Origin: Paraphysomonas bandaiensis
Lineage: Eukaryota; Protista; Chrysophyceae
Direction of reading: 5' to 3'
DNA: 64,000 nt
Assembly (NCBI GenBank): GCA_965644295.1
Contig: CBFFRP010000108.1
Span: 186,001-250,000, forward strand
Shown: positions 47,001-58,057 of the stretch, in pieces
Numbering within the stretch: the stretch's first letter is position 1
Layout: every line of letters begins with the position of its first letter
The notes under the pieces: model-generated
The model's database searches: none
What the model saw: only the letters and a program-made list of their open reading frames with translations
Told to the model about the DNA's origin: nothing
Program-made: the position numbers and the translations under genes

Positions 47001-49060
47001 CTCGCCCTTCGAAACAATTCAATGGGAATCTAGTGCCGAATCCGGCACCACACGGTCAAGTGGATCGTGTGCGTCAGCGTGTGGCCAAACGCTGCAACAA
47101 GCCTGCTGATTCATCGGGAGATTGGGAAAATCAGGGAACACCTGAAGGGCCAAGTAAGGTCCGTGCTACAGCAAAACAACAATTTTTAGCTGGTAGAAAG
47201 AGTGTTCTCCGAAGCAGGAGAATGGCCAGGAAACGGGTAATCGTAAATATACACAAACTAGGTGATGGTGTATATACATGTGATGTAAATGCTAAACATG
47301 TAGTAAATCATAAGGCACATGACACACAATGTATATCAAAATTACATACTAACAATATTGATATTGTTATGCATGCTATCAGTAATTGCGATGACATTGA
47401 CGAGCTAACTGATACACCAAAGAGTGTTCAAGATGCTATTTCAGGTAAATATAAACAGCAGTGGATCGATGCTATCAACAGAGAAATATCCATCCTTCAG
47501 AGGAAAGGGTGCTGGAGATACACTGCGTTACCACCTGGAGCAAGAGCCATAAAGGGGAAACTCATATTCAAAATAAAAAGAAAACAGAATGATATCAAAT
47601 TCAAGGCTCGACTAGTCGCACAGGGTTTTACTCAAATCCAAGGCATCGATTACAATGATACATACAGCCCCGTCGCGAAGGCTACATCCCTACGTACAAT
47701 TATTGCCCTTTCGACTATTATGAAACTCAAATTGCACCAAATCGATTTCACAACTGCGTACATCAATGCTGACCTCGAAGAGGACATATACATGTATCCC
47801 CCTCCTGGCATGGACGTCCCTGACGGAAAAGTCCTCAAACTGATGAAAAGCATCTATGGTCTAAAGCAAGCAGGTCTTAACTGGTATAAGTGCTGTACAA
47901 ATTTTATGCTAGATATGGGTTTCACCAGACTAATATCTGACCCGTGTATATTCAAAAAGCAGATTAATGGCAGGATTATGCTAATAGCCATGTATGTGGA
48001 CGATATTATTATAGCATCTACATCCGACACTGATATCCAACAATTCAAAGATCATTTATCCAAAAAGTTCGAAATTACGGATCTCGGACTCCTAGATTAT
48101 TACTTGGGCATCTCCATTCATCAAGATTTTGACAAAAATATCACGACTCTCAGTCAGGAGCAGTATGTCAGAAAACTGCTGGACAAATTCAACATGTCCA
48201 ACAGTAAACCCATGTCAACACCTATGTTACTGTCTTTCAACTATGATTTACATGAATACAATCATCTTTCAGAGTCAAATCAAAGTTATGTTCAGAATTT
48301 CCCCTACAAGGAGCTCATAGGTTCCCTGATGTATCTAGCTGTATGCACTCGACCGGATATCGCCTACGCAGTCAATACTCTTGCCAGATTTTCTGATATG
48401 CCTAATCTAACTACCTGTAATGCTGCGTTACATGTTCTTAGGTATCTCAAAGGCACTGCTAAGCAAGGATTGATATATTCTGGATCCCACATAACATTGT
48501 CAGGATACTGCGATAGCGATTGGGCACGATGTCACCTCACTCGACGGTCCACTACAGCTTTTACATTCTTCATAGGTAATTGTCTTATATCATGGCAATC
48601 TCGATTACAGACAACTGTGGCATTGTCATCTACTGAAGCTGAGTATATGGCTCTATCGTCAGCAGCTCAGGAAGCATTATGGCTACGCTCTTTATTATCA
48701 GAAATTGGTTTCAAACTTCCATTCTCAACAACTATTTGGTGCGATAATAAAGGGGCAGTCCAATTATGCTACAATCCTACTCATCATCGTCGTACGAAAC
48801 ATATTGCGATACGGTATCATTTCATTCGAGAAAATATTGCCGAAAACCAATTGACTGTTGACCATATTCCCACCACGTCAATGTTAGCCGATCTTCTCAC
48901 GAAACCACTAGGAACAACTAATTTTCTTCAATTGCGAACTACATTGATGGGGGGAGCCGGGTTCGACATCCCATCCAGCAACAACAGGAAGCGATCAACA
49001 ACCTCAGAGACACCTAAATCACAATTAACAAGCCACAAGCGACCTAGGTGGCTAGTTTGA
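44066..49060 (+). CDS. Copia gag-pol polyprotein (gag, zinc knuckle, protease, integrase, RT, RNase H)
   Basis: CFRCDGKGHIASEC; LDSGCT; HKRLAH...CDGC; ADFSG/HADGG/QERSWR; KARLVAQG, YGLKQA, YVDD; CDSDWA, EAEY, CDN, ADLLTK; Copia order IN before RT. Confidence 0.98.
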   Translation: MVVKVTSYDSTDSDSTTEKQKDSMPKFDAKNFSKWQKKCRAWFYRKPKIVYTLQNDHPIEPEAGENSDDEDYQYRLEQYQDAKRYHDEGNNYLWSVIASSIIGQDEEAEGILENVPDGDGKTAWTDLLNHFKEKTTNDVITDLIGQFQSIKIKKGQSIINFLDAVEKLRNKLINYGHRISDQDLISRIRQGLVSKENMTYRELAINLQMHPIDDYKTLIRRLRGLGSSSVGMLLSSNEESKTDSIQLAASKPPFFKSKVNSKRKKGTSFRNRSNKPKHDKRADKDIKCFRCDGKGHIASECKHSWERIQQMKSSSGNKSTSRKFKKVRFQTHQSTENDESDQFADYEDSGPLQQKGRDFGGVGYPTNDETNFVFDQEAGMGTLDSGCTVSITPEAGYITNYEECLTDIQTAKSGSTMTSSGHGRLGIIPKCKHVDHASRTLVSISQLDDLGYKILFGNQSVEIYKDEILLSKGKRVGGLYEIPLTDLGTPIDESHLASTASGPLATLAHKRLAHSSIGLIQKAVQSKLVTGIKLTKSEMNATSLPGGLCDGCASGKSHRRKHRHAIRQMLLKRVRRANELGELVVADFSGPHAPEAIITGNRYILGMTDVASRHQWDSYGPTRDEDFVIQSIQKVVMYLHSKGKRLQHYHADGGKELVSRKVLEYLQSIGATWTFNSPYTPEDNPFQERSWRTTKERALSSLIDSGLPPNFWEQASKATIHIKNRLPCQTAKGFMSPLQFIENEIPDLSYARIWGCKCFVNIDSSLRKNNWDRHSWPGYFMGYREDGPGYIVFVPALRDFVISGHVFFNECVPPADKRYFKEINEIFRENETSRTVESFKYLIGLAHVDPDDGLTYVTTQIKLRKGLIAAYRGLVDDSGDKTRLIQLDDPIHAADVEKYTEEYIELKAVGLKCNTSRSKTPIHKSSKSDRDPDTVNGSPAPAATSRGSGVNRRHHDAAQERISSHRCEPTHSDAKIAKTRPSKQFNGNLVPNPAPHGQVDRVRQRVAKRCNKPADSSGDWENQGTPEGPSKVRATAKQQFLAGRKSVLRSRRMARKRVIVNIHKLGDGVYTCDVNAKHVVNHKAHDTQCISKLHTNNIDIVMHAISNCDDIDELTDTPKSVQDAISGKYKQQWIDAINREISILQRKGCWRYTALPPGARAIKGKLIFKIKRKQNDIKFKARLVAQGFTQIQGIDYNDTYSPVAKATSLRTIIALSTIMKLKLHQIDFTTAYINADLEEDIYMYPPPGMDVPDGKVLKLMKSIYGLKQAGLNWYKCCTNFMLDMGFTRLISDPCIFKKQINGRIMLIAMYVDDIIIASTSDTDIQQFKDHLSKKFEITDLGLLDYYLGISIHQDFDKNITTLSQEQYVRKLLDKFNMSNSKPMSTPMLLSFNYDLHEYNHLSESNQSYVQNFPYKELIGSLMYLAVCTRPDIAYAVNTLARFSDMPNLTTCNAALHVLRYLKGTAKQGLIYSGSHITLSGYCDSDWARCHLTRRSTTAFTFFIGNCLISWQSRLQTTVALSSTEAEYMALSSAAQEALWLRSLLSEIGFKLPFSTTIWCDNKGAVQLCYNPTHHRRTKHIAIRYHFIRENIAENQLTVDHIPTTSMLADLLTKPLGTTNFLQLRTTLMGGAGFDIPSSNNRKRSTTSETPKSQLTSHKRPRWLV

Positions 49061-49259
49061 GTTACACGGAGTTTTTACCATTTTTTTTACTTTTATTCAA
49101 TACATGATGCTGGACTAGAAGGATGGTCTCACAATATGGCATCTCTGCAGTTCGCTTGTTATTGGATAGTGACTGCTACTCTGGTTTTTACTCTCAGTGT
49201 GCATAAGTTCATATTCTCTCTATTATCTACGGTTCACTGATTATTTCATTGAGGGGGCG

Positions 49260-49521
49260 TATTAGGATTCAGCTTAATACATGATTGTATCTGTGAGTTA
49301 TAATGTTCAATGAAATATACCATGAACTGAATTAGAGAGAGTATCTGTCGAAGATACGTGATCGTCATCATAACGTCGTCATTATCAGTTACACTTCTAA
49401 CTATTCCGTTGTGCATGATAGTACGTTCTATATTGTTATTCATAATTTTCACTCTATCGTGTTCATTACTTACACTCTAATAATCACAACATTGTTTTAC
49501 TAATAAGCTTAAATCTTATTT
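49260..49521 (+). repeat. 3' LTR (262 bp)
   Basis: Follows the PPT; identical by eye to the 5' LTR unit. Confidence 0.95.
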
Positions 49522-49943
49522 CTCTCTGCCCACTCATAGCCTAATGCTTGTGTGGTACAAGGTACACGGGACACTATAATTAGTGTCACTTGTGTAGAAG
49601 TCTTTGGACTTTGACGAATAAACAGGCATCCGGGGTATTCGGCTGCCTACTGAGGACAAGCATCCGGGAATGGGCCCACTTCAAGGGCACCGGGGTATTG
49701 ATCTGCCTGCTGAAGTCAAACATCCGGGAATGGGCCCACCTCAAGGGCACCCGCGGTATTGAGTTGCCTGCTGAAATCAAGCATCCGGGATGGTCACCTT
49801 AAGGACAGAGAGCGAAAGGGGTTGCTTGTGGTGACGCACAAGCAGCTTTCGTAGCGCAAAATTGTAGGATATCAGAATTAAGCGCTATTTAGTTAAATTA
49901 GTTCTGAATCTTACATGCCTATTGCTAATAGTAAGGCATTCAG
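49522..49943 (+). repeat. Remainder of the GC-rich 60-bp-subunit repeat interrupted by the Copia (about three tandem subunits at 49620-49795)
   Basis: Collinear with 36500-36840 and 13088-13325(-). Confidence 0.85.
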
Positions 49944-49979
49944 TACTACATTTACATGGATGGAAAGAATCAAATTAAA

Positions 49980-50193
49980 GTATTCTTCCTACTAAACTGT
50001 AAAATGCCATTTGCTCACACTAAATTTTGCAAAAGGCAGTTGAGCAATCGAATTTAGTAGAATCGAATAGAATTCTTAAATTAGAAGGAATATCTGAAAA
50101 AAATAGTAGGCTCATCTTGCATTTTAATTTAATAGGAAATAGGTAAATTTAGTAGGAACAACTGACACTTTTTAGTTTAGTAGGGACGAATAT
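49980..50193. mobile_element. Degenerate MITE-like inverted repeat
   Basis: TATTCTTCCTACTAAACT...CTAAATTT versus AAATTTAG...AGTTTAGTAGGGACGAATA (imperfect ~45-bp arms). Confidence 0.45.
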
Positions 50194-50697
50194 ATTACTG
50201 GCAAGATGTTGTGAGCTAGCTTAACAATAACCAATAACAATACTGATTATTGTATTTGCCGGTCGACCAATCATTATATTTTATATTGCAACACAATAAT
50301 ATTGTGTTCCTAGCCCTGATATGTATCCAATTCGAACTTTTTTTTGCTCCAGTAGTATATAGGAATCCCACAAGCAAGTTTTATTTTTTTGCTGCGTACT
50401 CCCTTACATTTCACTACATAACACGAGTATTATCGAGGTCTATTATCCATCCATAGCTGGGGAAAGTTATTTTAGTAAAACGAGGTATAGAATCAAGTCT
50501 TTAGAGTGGCGCGGAGATATAAGATTGTTTTTAAGGAAAAATTGAAAACACCTATACAATCATGCCGACTATTTTTATAGTATAGTACTTGTCTTAAAGT
50601 AAAACGCAGGTTCATCGAACTGTTTTCGAAGAGGATATAATTACGCAGTATGGAGCACACCACATGTGTATTCTTCATTGGCATAAGCCATACAATT

Positions 50698-51894
50698 CTA
50701 TACCACCGCAGCCAATAGAGCCATCGCAACTGCTGCTGCCACAAAAAGTGACATTGCCATTACCATGTTCTTACACTCCGAGAGCATATGTGGAAGCATT
50801 TCCATCGTACCAATATACCTGCGAAACAAGGATGAAAAAAATATTAACAATTCTCTAACACCAAGAGGCATAGGCAACGTACATAAATGATCCCGCAGCG
50901 AGTCCAGTGATGATGCCAGGTACGGTAGAACTGTCCCCAACATCTAGGAAGCAAGCCACAATGGCTCCACATGGGCTGGCCAAAGCATATACTCCATACA
51001 GACTCGCAAACTCAATAGAGGAACATTTCGCATCCATCAGCGCACTTGCCAGTGCTATGGATGCAAATACCTTATGTACAATGATGGCCATAGCAATTGT
51101 AAACTGTTCTACGAAGTTTCCCGTTACACCTATCGCGAATCCCTCCATCACTGAATGTACGACCAGTGCAATCCAAAAGCTATATACTCCTGTACGAATC
51201 TCAGAAGTGGTATTACTGCCAGGGACCGGCTTTTCTTCTTCAATGGCATCAGCAAGAAGACTTTTTGAAGCTTCATTAGTCTCATTATTTGGAGGGGAGT
51301 ATCGGGAAACCCCGCTTGCGGACACAGAGTTAGATCGACAATTGTTTACCTCCTTCTCTTGGGGACGAAAGGTTGCCCGATCGTAGCTCATTGTTCTAGC
51401 TGCTGTGTTTGTTGTCAGTCCTCCAACTGACTTCCATCCACGACGCTGAATGGGGAAAACCGTGGACGGTACGCTATGAGCTCGCTGCACAGTCACTCCG
51501 ATCTCAATATCCTCACCACTATCCTCTGCCTAACACATACAAGTCAGATTGACTACGATCATTCTTACGAGCGCATACTTATGCATATATATATACATAC
51601 CGGTGTAGTAGTGGTGTTGAAGGTGAGCAGTGTCTCTACACACACCAACAGCAGAAACCCCGACAACGCACACGCAGGAGCAACAGGATAAGACGAGAAA
51701 TCTTCAAGATCTTCCGTGGCATCAGCCAATAGATGAGTGAATGCAGCAGAGAGGATCACTCCTGCAGATAGAGCGTTCAGATACGATAATACGCCACTGC
51801 TGGAGCTCTGCATCTTGTATCCTGTGGCCCCTGATACTACCGCTACAGTGGCGAGAACGATTGCCCATATTGCGGTCACGACGATACGATACAT
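50698..51894 (-). CDS. ZIP family (ZRT/IRT-like) metal transporter, 3 exons
   Basis: LNALSAGVILSAAFTHLLADA, ALVVHSVMEGFAIG, AIIVHKVFASIAL, GLAAGSFMYIGTMEML. Confidence 0.92.
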
Positions 51895-52295
51895 TGTGGG
51901 TTTGCTTGTATGCTACCAGACTGTTCTGCTCTACAGATCCATACACACATATATATACATGCATAGTATGCGGGTCTGTACTGCTCTGTATAGGTAGAGT
52001 ATACTGTATGGCTCTTGCTCTGTAGATATGGTGTATCCTGCTGTGTACTGGACGTGTATAACGTACCGGTATATGGTAGATATACCCCTGCATGGATGGG
52101 CACACGCTCTGTATTTTAGAAGGGAGGTTGTTGTAATACACTAATATACATACCGTATACCAGAGTTAACTATCATACCTGTGTTCTCTATACCGCGTAT
52201 ACACGCACTATGTATGCATAGCTACACAGCAGAGATCAGTTCATGTCGATATATATCAACAGAGACTACTATCAACTCTAACTCATACTACTATA

Positions 52296-52766
52296 ATGGC
52301 TGGTAGTCCGTTTGGTGCTCAACGGATAACAGTGAAACCACCTGAACGCGGCGTGTTTGCCCTTGATCACGATGGCGAATGCAAATCAGAAATGAAGGTA
52401 TCGTTAGTGTTTCATAGTTATCAGATGTAGCAACACGTGTAAATTATATATCCAACGACAATCTCTGACTGTATTACAGGCATTTTTAGGATGTTTAAAA
52501 CAGAATGATAATGATCACTTCCCATGTAAAGCACTGTCGAAGTCTTATTTGCAGTGTAGAATGGATAGGTTGGTAGTAAGGGTACTCTTAATACTGTATA
52601 ATAGGTTCCTCACAGGGACCTCATGGCCAAGGAGGAGTTAGATAATTTAGGACTAGGAGAAATGGGGGAATATAAGAGGGTTGATAGCAAAATCGGTGAA
52701 AGAGAGCAAGCTGGTTTCGTGGCAGGATCTGGGGTGAAGCCTGGAAAGAAGGGGATCTTTTGGTGA
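52296..52766 (+). CDS. COX19: Cytochrome c oxidase assembly protein COX19 (twin Cx9C), 3 exons
   Basis: Spliced MAGSPFGAQRITVKPPERGVFALDHDGECKSEMKAFLGCLKQNDNDHFPCKALSKSYLQCRMDRDLMAKEELDNLGL...GFVAG; absent from the ORF track. Confidence 0.93.
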
Positions 52767-53366
52767 TTCACTGGTATGGTACATTAATTTGAATGACCTC
52801 GATTCGTCAAATGTAACTAATATATTTTCTTGATATTTTATTATTACTGTTTTTGTTGTCCTACTACTGCAAAGAGAAGGTAGAGAGTCATAAGGCTTTG
52901 GTACATATCAAATATATAGAAACATACCTTGATATATTACTCGATAAAATGATGCAAACTCATGTGATATCGTCCCTGTATATTAAAATATGTACATGGA
53001 TGCTGCAAAACAATGAAAAAGTATAGAAGTATGTCTTGAACAACGAATAACAGTTTACTCCTTCTTCTGCCATGATATATCTGTGTAGTACAAAGTTAGA
53101 AAATAAGAAAAAACATGGATTTGTATATAAATACATACTAGAAAGAGGCCGTCCCTAGAGAACTTTTTAGCTATTGTAAGTTCTTCATTGATGGCGACCA
53201 CTTCGGTGATTTCGACTACGTAATACCTGTTTATCTGACAAGACTTTTCACGTCACGGATTTCTGACAAGGTAAATCAGTGAAACGTAGCTATTTATGCA
53301 ATTGTAGTCTCACTATAACTCTGCTTCATTCTGTCTTTTTAACTGTTAGAATCAATCATAGTTATC

Positions 53367-53582
53367 CAGGGCTAGGGAACGATATATATTTGATGGGCCG
53401 GCCAAATGTTCCATCAGTATTGTTTCTAGTATATTGAATAACCCTAATTTAATAGATTGGCTGAATAATGATACTGATATATTGAAATAGTATTATTGGG
53501 CCGGTTTAAAAACTCCACCAGTAATATTATTGTTGAGACGCTCTATAACAATAGCATTGCAATATATTGTTCCCTAGAACTG
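53367..53582. mobile_element. 216-bp hAT-type MITE
   Basis: CAGGGCTAGGGAACGATATAT / ATATATTGTTCCCTAGAACTG imperfect TIRs; 8-bp flanks TAGTTATC/TAGCTATC. Confidence 0.75.
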
Positions 53583-53883
53583 TAGCTATCCAACATAAAA
53601 TTATTACAGTACGAGTATATCACAATGCTAAGCTTCGAGTACAGATATTCTTCCAGTACTTGTAAACATATAGCTGCCCACTGAGGTGTAACAGGAAAAT
53701 TACGTTATTATTATGGCATATATGAATATATAATACATAATATATCCATACAAAAACTGAGATAGTCATTATTCATAAGTTCCACACTTGACTTTTAATT
53801 CCGCTTTATAAAACATACTGTAAACAGTAAATATTGATGTGTGTACTCGATTCGATTCACTAGGTCACTCTACTGAGTGTGTA

Positions 53884-54309
53884 TCACATCTTTGTCATTT
53901 CGCGAAGTACAACAGCATTGCTCACATGAAGTGTGATGTCTTGCAAAGTGCCGATAACATATATCATCACGTGTAATTGGTTGATACCACCATATCCATA
54001 TTCAGACATCCTAAACACGTCGCTGTAAAAGGAGCCGATGTCCACTTGCGCTATTAGAAATAGCACAGCATGCATATGAATCATAAAGTGTACAAATACC
54101 ATTACAGGAAATCTTTTTGTTAGCGCAAAACATGTAAGTGCACTGATACAATCAAATGAAAAGTACACTTGTTTCAATTGGGTGTTTAGATATCCAAAGG
54201 GAAAGAAAAGCTCTTGAAATCCGAATAGTACCGTTGCATGGCACGCAGCATGCCATAACTCGATCAATATCATCACCTGCGCGAGGCGAGATTTCGTAAA
54301 TTCCATCAT
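53884..54309 (-). CDS. Hypothetical small multi-pass membrane protein, His-rich helices
   Basis: 141-aa ORF with ~4 hydrophobic segments containing HAACH, HFMIHMH and QDITLH; no family recognised. Confidence 0.6.
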   Translation of the reverse strand: MMEFTKSRLAQVMILIELWHAACHATVLFGFQELFFPFGYLNTQLKQVYFSFDCISALTCFALTKRFPVMVFVHFMIHMHAVLFLIAQVDIGSFYSDVFRMSEYGYGGINQLHVMIYVIGTLQDITLHVSNAVVLREMTKM

Positions 54310-54689
54310 TACTATGGATATATTGTGTAGATGTAAGCAATGCTCTTTGTTCGTTATCGTTATGCAAGTTAACGATATGTGTCTTTGTCGTGGTAACTGC
54401 TGCACTAACTGACAGTCTGACAGTGATCATCTGCCCCTATATATGATCCTACTGTACTGTACTGTACTGTACTAGTATGCATGTCTATATGGATGTATAT
54501 ATGCATAGAGATATATTCTTAATTCTTATTCTAACAGACTGCACCAGCAGCAGATACAGAAGATCTTGTAGTGTGCATACATAATACATACACATACCTA
54601 CAGCAGTGTATAGAGAGGATGGAGTAACAGTCACTGGCAGCCCATACATGAATAGATATCATCCACAGTGACAGTAAATTCAACATCTC

Positions 54690-56128
54690 ATGGCACTCCA
54701 GGGTCGACGAAAGGCATATATTGCCGGTGGATACATTACTAAGTTCATCGGTGCAAGAAATCCAGATTTCATATCTAAAAGCCACTCAGAATACGGAAAG
54801 AGACAGAATCCAGACCTGGAACACTACATCAGGGATGCAGTTAATGGTGCATTGGGTTCTTGTCAATGCCCAGGTGAATATGTTGATAAAGCTTGGATTG
54901 GTAACTTTGTTGGAGAATTATTTTGTAGTCAGGTATGACATATGCAGCTATATATACGATGTTATCAGTATCTTATTGACATATAAAAACATCAGGGTCA
55001 TTTAGGAGCAGCAGTGGCAGGATCAAACAGTTCACTAGTCAACAAACCAATTATGCGTGTAGAAGGAGCATGTGCATCGGGTGGCCTTGCGTTTACCTCT
55101 GCTGTGGATTCTATTCGCGCAGGTACAGATGTTACCCTTGTTGTTGGTGCGGAAGTTATGACGACTGTGAGCTCAAGAGAAGGAAATAAATATCTTGCAC
55201 GTGCCGCACACTACCAACGACAAGCTCATATAGATGACTTCTTATGGCCTGCACTGTTTGCTAGACGGATCCGCGCTTGCTTTGAAGCTGGAATCGCAAC
55301 TCCTCACGACTTAGGAATGATCTCAGTCAAAGCGCACAATAATGCTAGACTCAATCCTCTTGCCCATATGAGAGCTTCAGATCTAACTATCGACGGGACA
55401 GTGCCGTCAGACTCTAATCCCCTGTTTTTGTCAAACGACGAGCTGAGAGAATATATTCGCCTTTCCGACTGTGCACAGATGTCGGACGGTGCTGCTGCTG
55501 CGGTAATATGTAGTGAGGAAGGCCTGAAGCGTATTGGAAGACGACCTGAAGACTGTATCGAGGTGATGGGAATCGGGTGTGCCACTGGGAACCTCTACGC
55601 TGATTCGGACCCAACATCCATGCCTACCATGGCAGCAGCGGCAACACGAGCATTCGATGAAGCCGGTTTGAAGCCCTTTGATGTGAACGTTGTCGAACTT
55701 CACGATTGCTTCACGATATGCGAATTACTGGCACTTGAGGCAATGGGATTCGCGAGCAAGGTATAATTTATTACTGTTCGCTATAGCAGCAATTAGTAGT
55801 TATGGTGTACTATACAGGGTAATGCAGTGCGGTTACTTCGAGAGGGGAAGCTCGAGCGAGGCGGGAGCCTTCCAGTTAACACGGTCAGATGATACTCACG
55901 ATGTTTCAGCTTTAGTGACAGTATAATTATTTTTAGGGTGGAGGTTTGCTGGGTTTCGGGCATCCTGTTGGAGCTACGGGGGTGAAGCAGATAGTTGAAA
56001 TATACCGTCAAATGAAGGGGAAATGTGGAGAATATCAGATATCATCAGTTCCGTCTGTAGGGACCACTGCAAACATGGGGGGAGACGACAAAACTGCGGT
56101 GGTAGGAATTTTCCGAAATGTCGAGTAA
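54690..56128 (+). CDS. SCP2-type acetyl-CoA acyltransferase (thiolase), 4 exons
   Basis: GNFVGELFCSQGHLG, RVEGACASGG, SDGAAA, HDCF, NTGGGLLGFGHPVGATG, NMGGDDKT. Confidence 0.93.
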
Positions 56129-57087
56129 TTTGTGTGTATGTATGTGTTTTAACTTGAGCGTAAGGAATTGAAGTATATACGATACTAGAGATGAATTCTT
56201 ACAAGGTAGAATTCAGTATCGGAAATACTGATGACCATTTTATATTGTACAGATAGTAACGAATACCATACAGCGTGATATATGTGTTGCATACTTCTGA
56301 CTTTACAACCGCATGGTTGAATAGATATTATAATTTTATAATTGCACTGATTACTAAACACTAATACAATGCTAGTAGCACACAACTGATTTCTCAAATA
56401 CGCCAAGCGTTTAGTACTTATTTAACAGAGTTGCGACTCGACAGCAAATTAAATAAAGAGACATATGCGTTGAAATAAGTACAAGTTGTCCTTCCTTTTC
56501 TATTCTACTAACGCTTCATCGTCTGAATGAATAAATATTGAAATACTCTTTATAACTACCCTCAATTTTTTATTTTCTCTATACCTTCTAATTCATAAGG
56601 GTCGCCAGTTGGCTGAATTGAAGAGCAGAATTCGTTGTTATCTTCGCCTCATTGAGTATCTACGTCATATCTGTACGGGGTCTATCTACAACTACGATAC
56701 TGCAAATATACATCATGCTTACTAACAATTGGGGTGTAATAGACGCAAAAATGTGGGACAAGTCTAGCTGGAAGGTATCACACCTACTTTCAACTCTACA
56801 CAGTAAGAAGCTCAACACCCCAATTACCTACTCAAATGTTATTTGGCTTAGGAAATGCCCATTTGAAGTCACGGGCAAAATGGCCTATTGTGACGAATAT
56901 GTATGCACGTTGTTCTGCCAAGTGGTAGGCAACATAAACTCTACACAAGTAGAGAGGGAAAATATATATTCAACATGTCATTGACATCTGGTTTCATTAC
57001 TAGGTAAAACACAACCGCATAAATAGAGCACAAATACCATTAAAAGGGGCGTTGATGCTAAACTTATTCAAGAAGCTGTAAATTAAT

Positions 57088-57438
57088 CTAGTAATCACCA
57101 CCTCCACCACCGAACATATCCATACCACCCTCAAGGGCATCGACCTCCTCCTCGACAGGCTTGGGAGCAGCGGCAGGGGCAGCGGCACCAGCATCGGCTG
57201 CGGGGGCAGCAGCAACAGGGGCAGCGGCAGCAGCGGCGGCACCACCAGCCATCAGCTTCTCCTTGCCCTCCTCGATAAGCTCAGACAAGTCCTTGCCTTC
57301 AAGATCAGCAATAAGAGCATCGAGCCTCTCGGCATCGACCTCAATACCGCACTGGGAGAGGGCGTTAGTGACATCCTCAGCAGTGGGGCTGGTGTTTCCA
57401 CCGATGACCAACAACAAATAAGCAGCCAAGTGACGCAT
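57088..57438 (-). CDS. RPLP2: 60S acidic ribosomal protein P2
   Basis: MRHLAAYLLLVIGGN..P...GIEVD.ERL...L.GK.L.ELI.EG; Ala-rich hinge, acidic tail; 5'-UTR intron ~57440-57524. Confidence 0.96.
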   Translation of the reverse strand: MRHLAAYLLLVIGGNTSPTAEDVTNALSQCGIEVDAERLDALIADLEGKDLSELIEEGKEKLMAGGAAAAAAAPVAAAPAADAGAAAPAAAPKPVEEEVDALEGGMDMFGGGGGDY

Positions 57439-58057
57439 TCTAGAATCAAATTAAGGAGCTGCGAAGAATAAATCAGTAATGGCAAGCAACATGCGATATC
57501 AATCACATTAATTAGGTATGCTTACCTCGAAACTACCAGAAACCAGAAGGCGACAATTGTGAGTGCGGTGTGTATATATATAGCAGCGCTCTTAACTCAC
57601 CTGCCACACTATTCCTCACACCATCCACATGCCATATCTTCAATAGTCGCTTCGATTTCAGTTTACACAAAATATTGAAGTACAGAATACTGTTCTGTAG
57701 TATATTATCCAATTGTTTCCTTCTATTTTCTTTCTATTGGATGGTTATATTACGTAGTGAGGTTTTGTAGACAGAGTGAATATCTCCATATGAAAGTATC
57801 GGCAGTCAGAATCTTATTTTTCGGAAATGTATTGAGGTAAATATCGTCTATATTACTGTGATACAACTACGGCTGTAATACAGATAATTATTATCTCAAT
57901 ATTAGAGACATCTTGGAACAAAAATATACACAGGGATGCTGATACGAATCTCGGCGACTATCAGATCGTGGTGTAGATAGCCTTATGATTCAGCTATGTG
58001 GCATCATTATACATATATCTGGAATCTGTGTACCACTCTTTCCATCTGATAGGTCCC

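Larger units (their letters stand above)
43560..49521 (+). mobile_element. Intact Ty1/Copia LTR retrotransposon, TSD CTCTC
   Basis: Matching LTRs, PBS TGGTAGCGGA (44057-44066), PPT GAGGGGGCG (49251-49259), TSD 43555-43559/49522-49526, single gag-pol ORF. Confidence 0.97.

Noticed and set aside
49620-49795. CRISPR-like appearance of the ~60-bp units
   Set aside because: Whole units are tandemly similar with no unique spacers; no cas genes; eukaryotic context.
57440-57524. Box C/D snoRNA in the RPLP2 5'-UTR intron
   Set aside because: Imperfect C box and only ~35 nt to the CTGA; too short to support.
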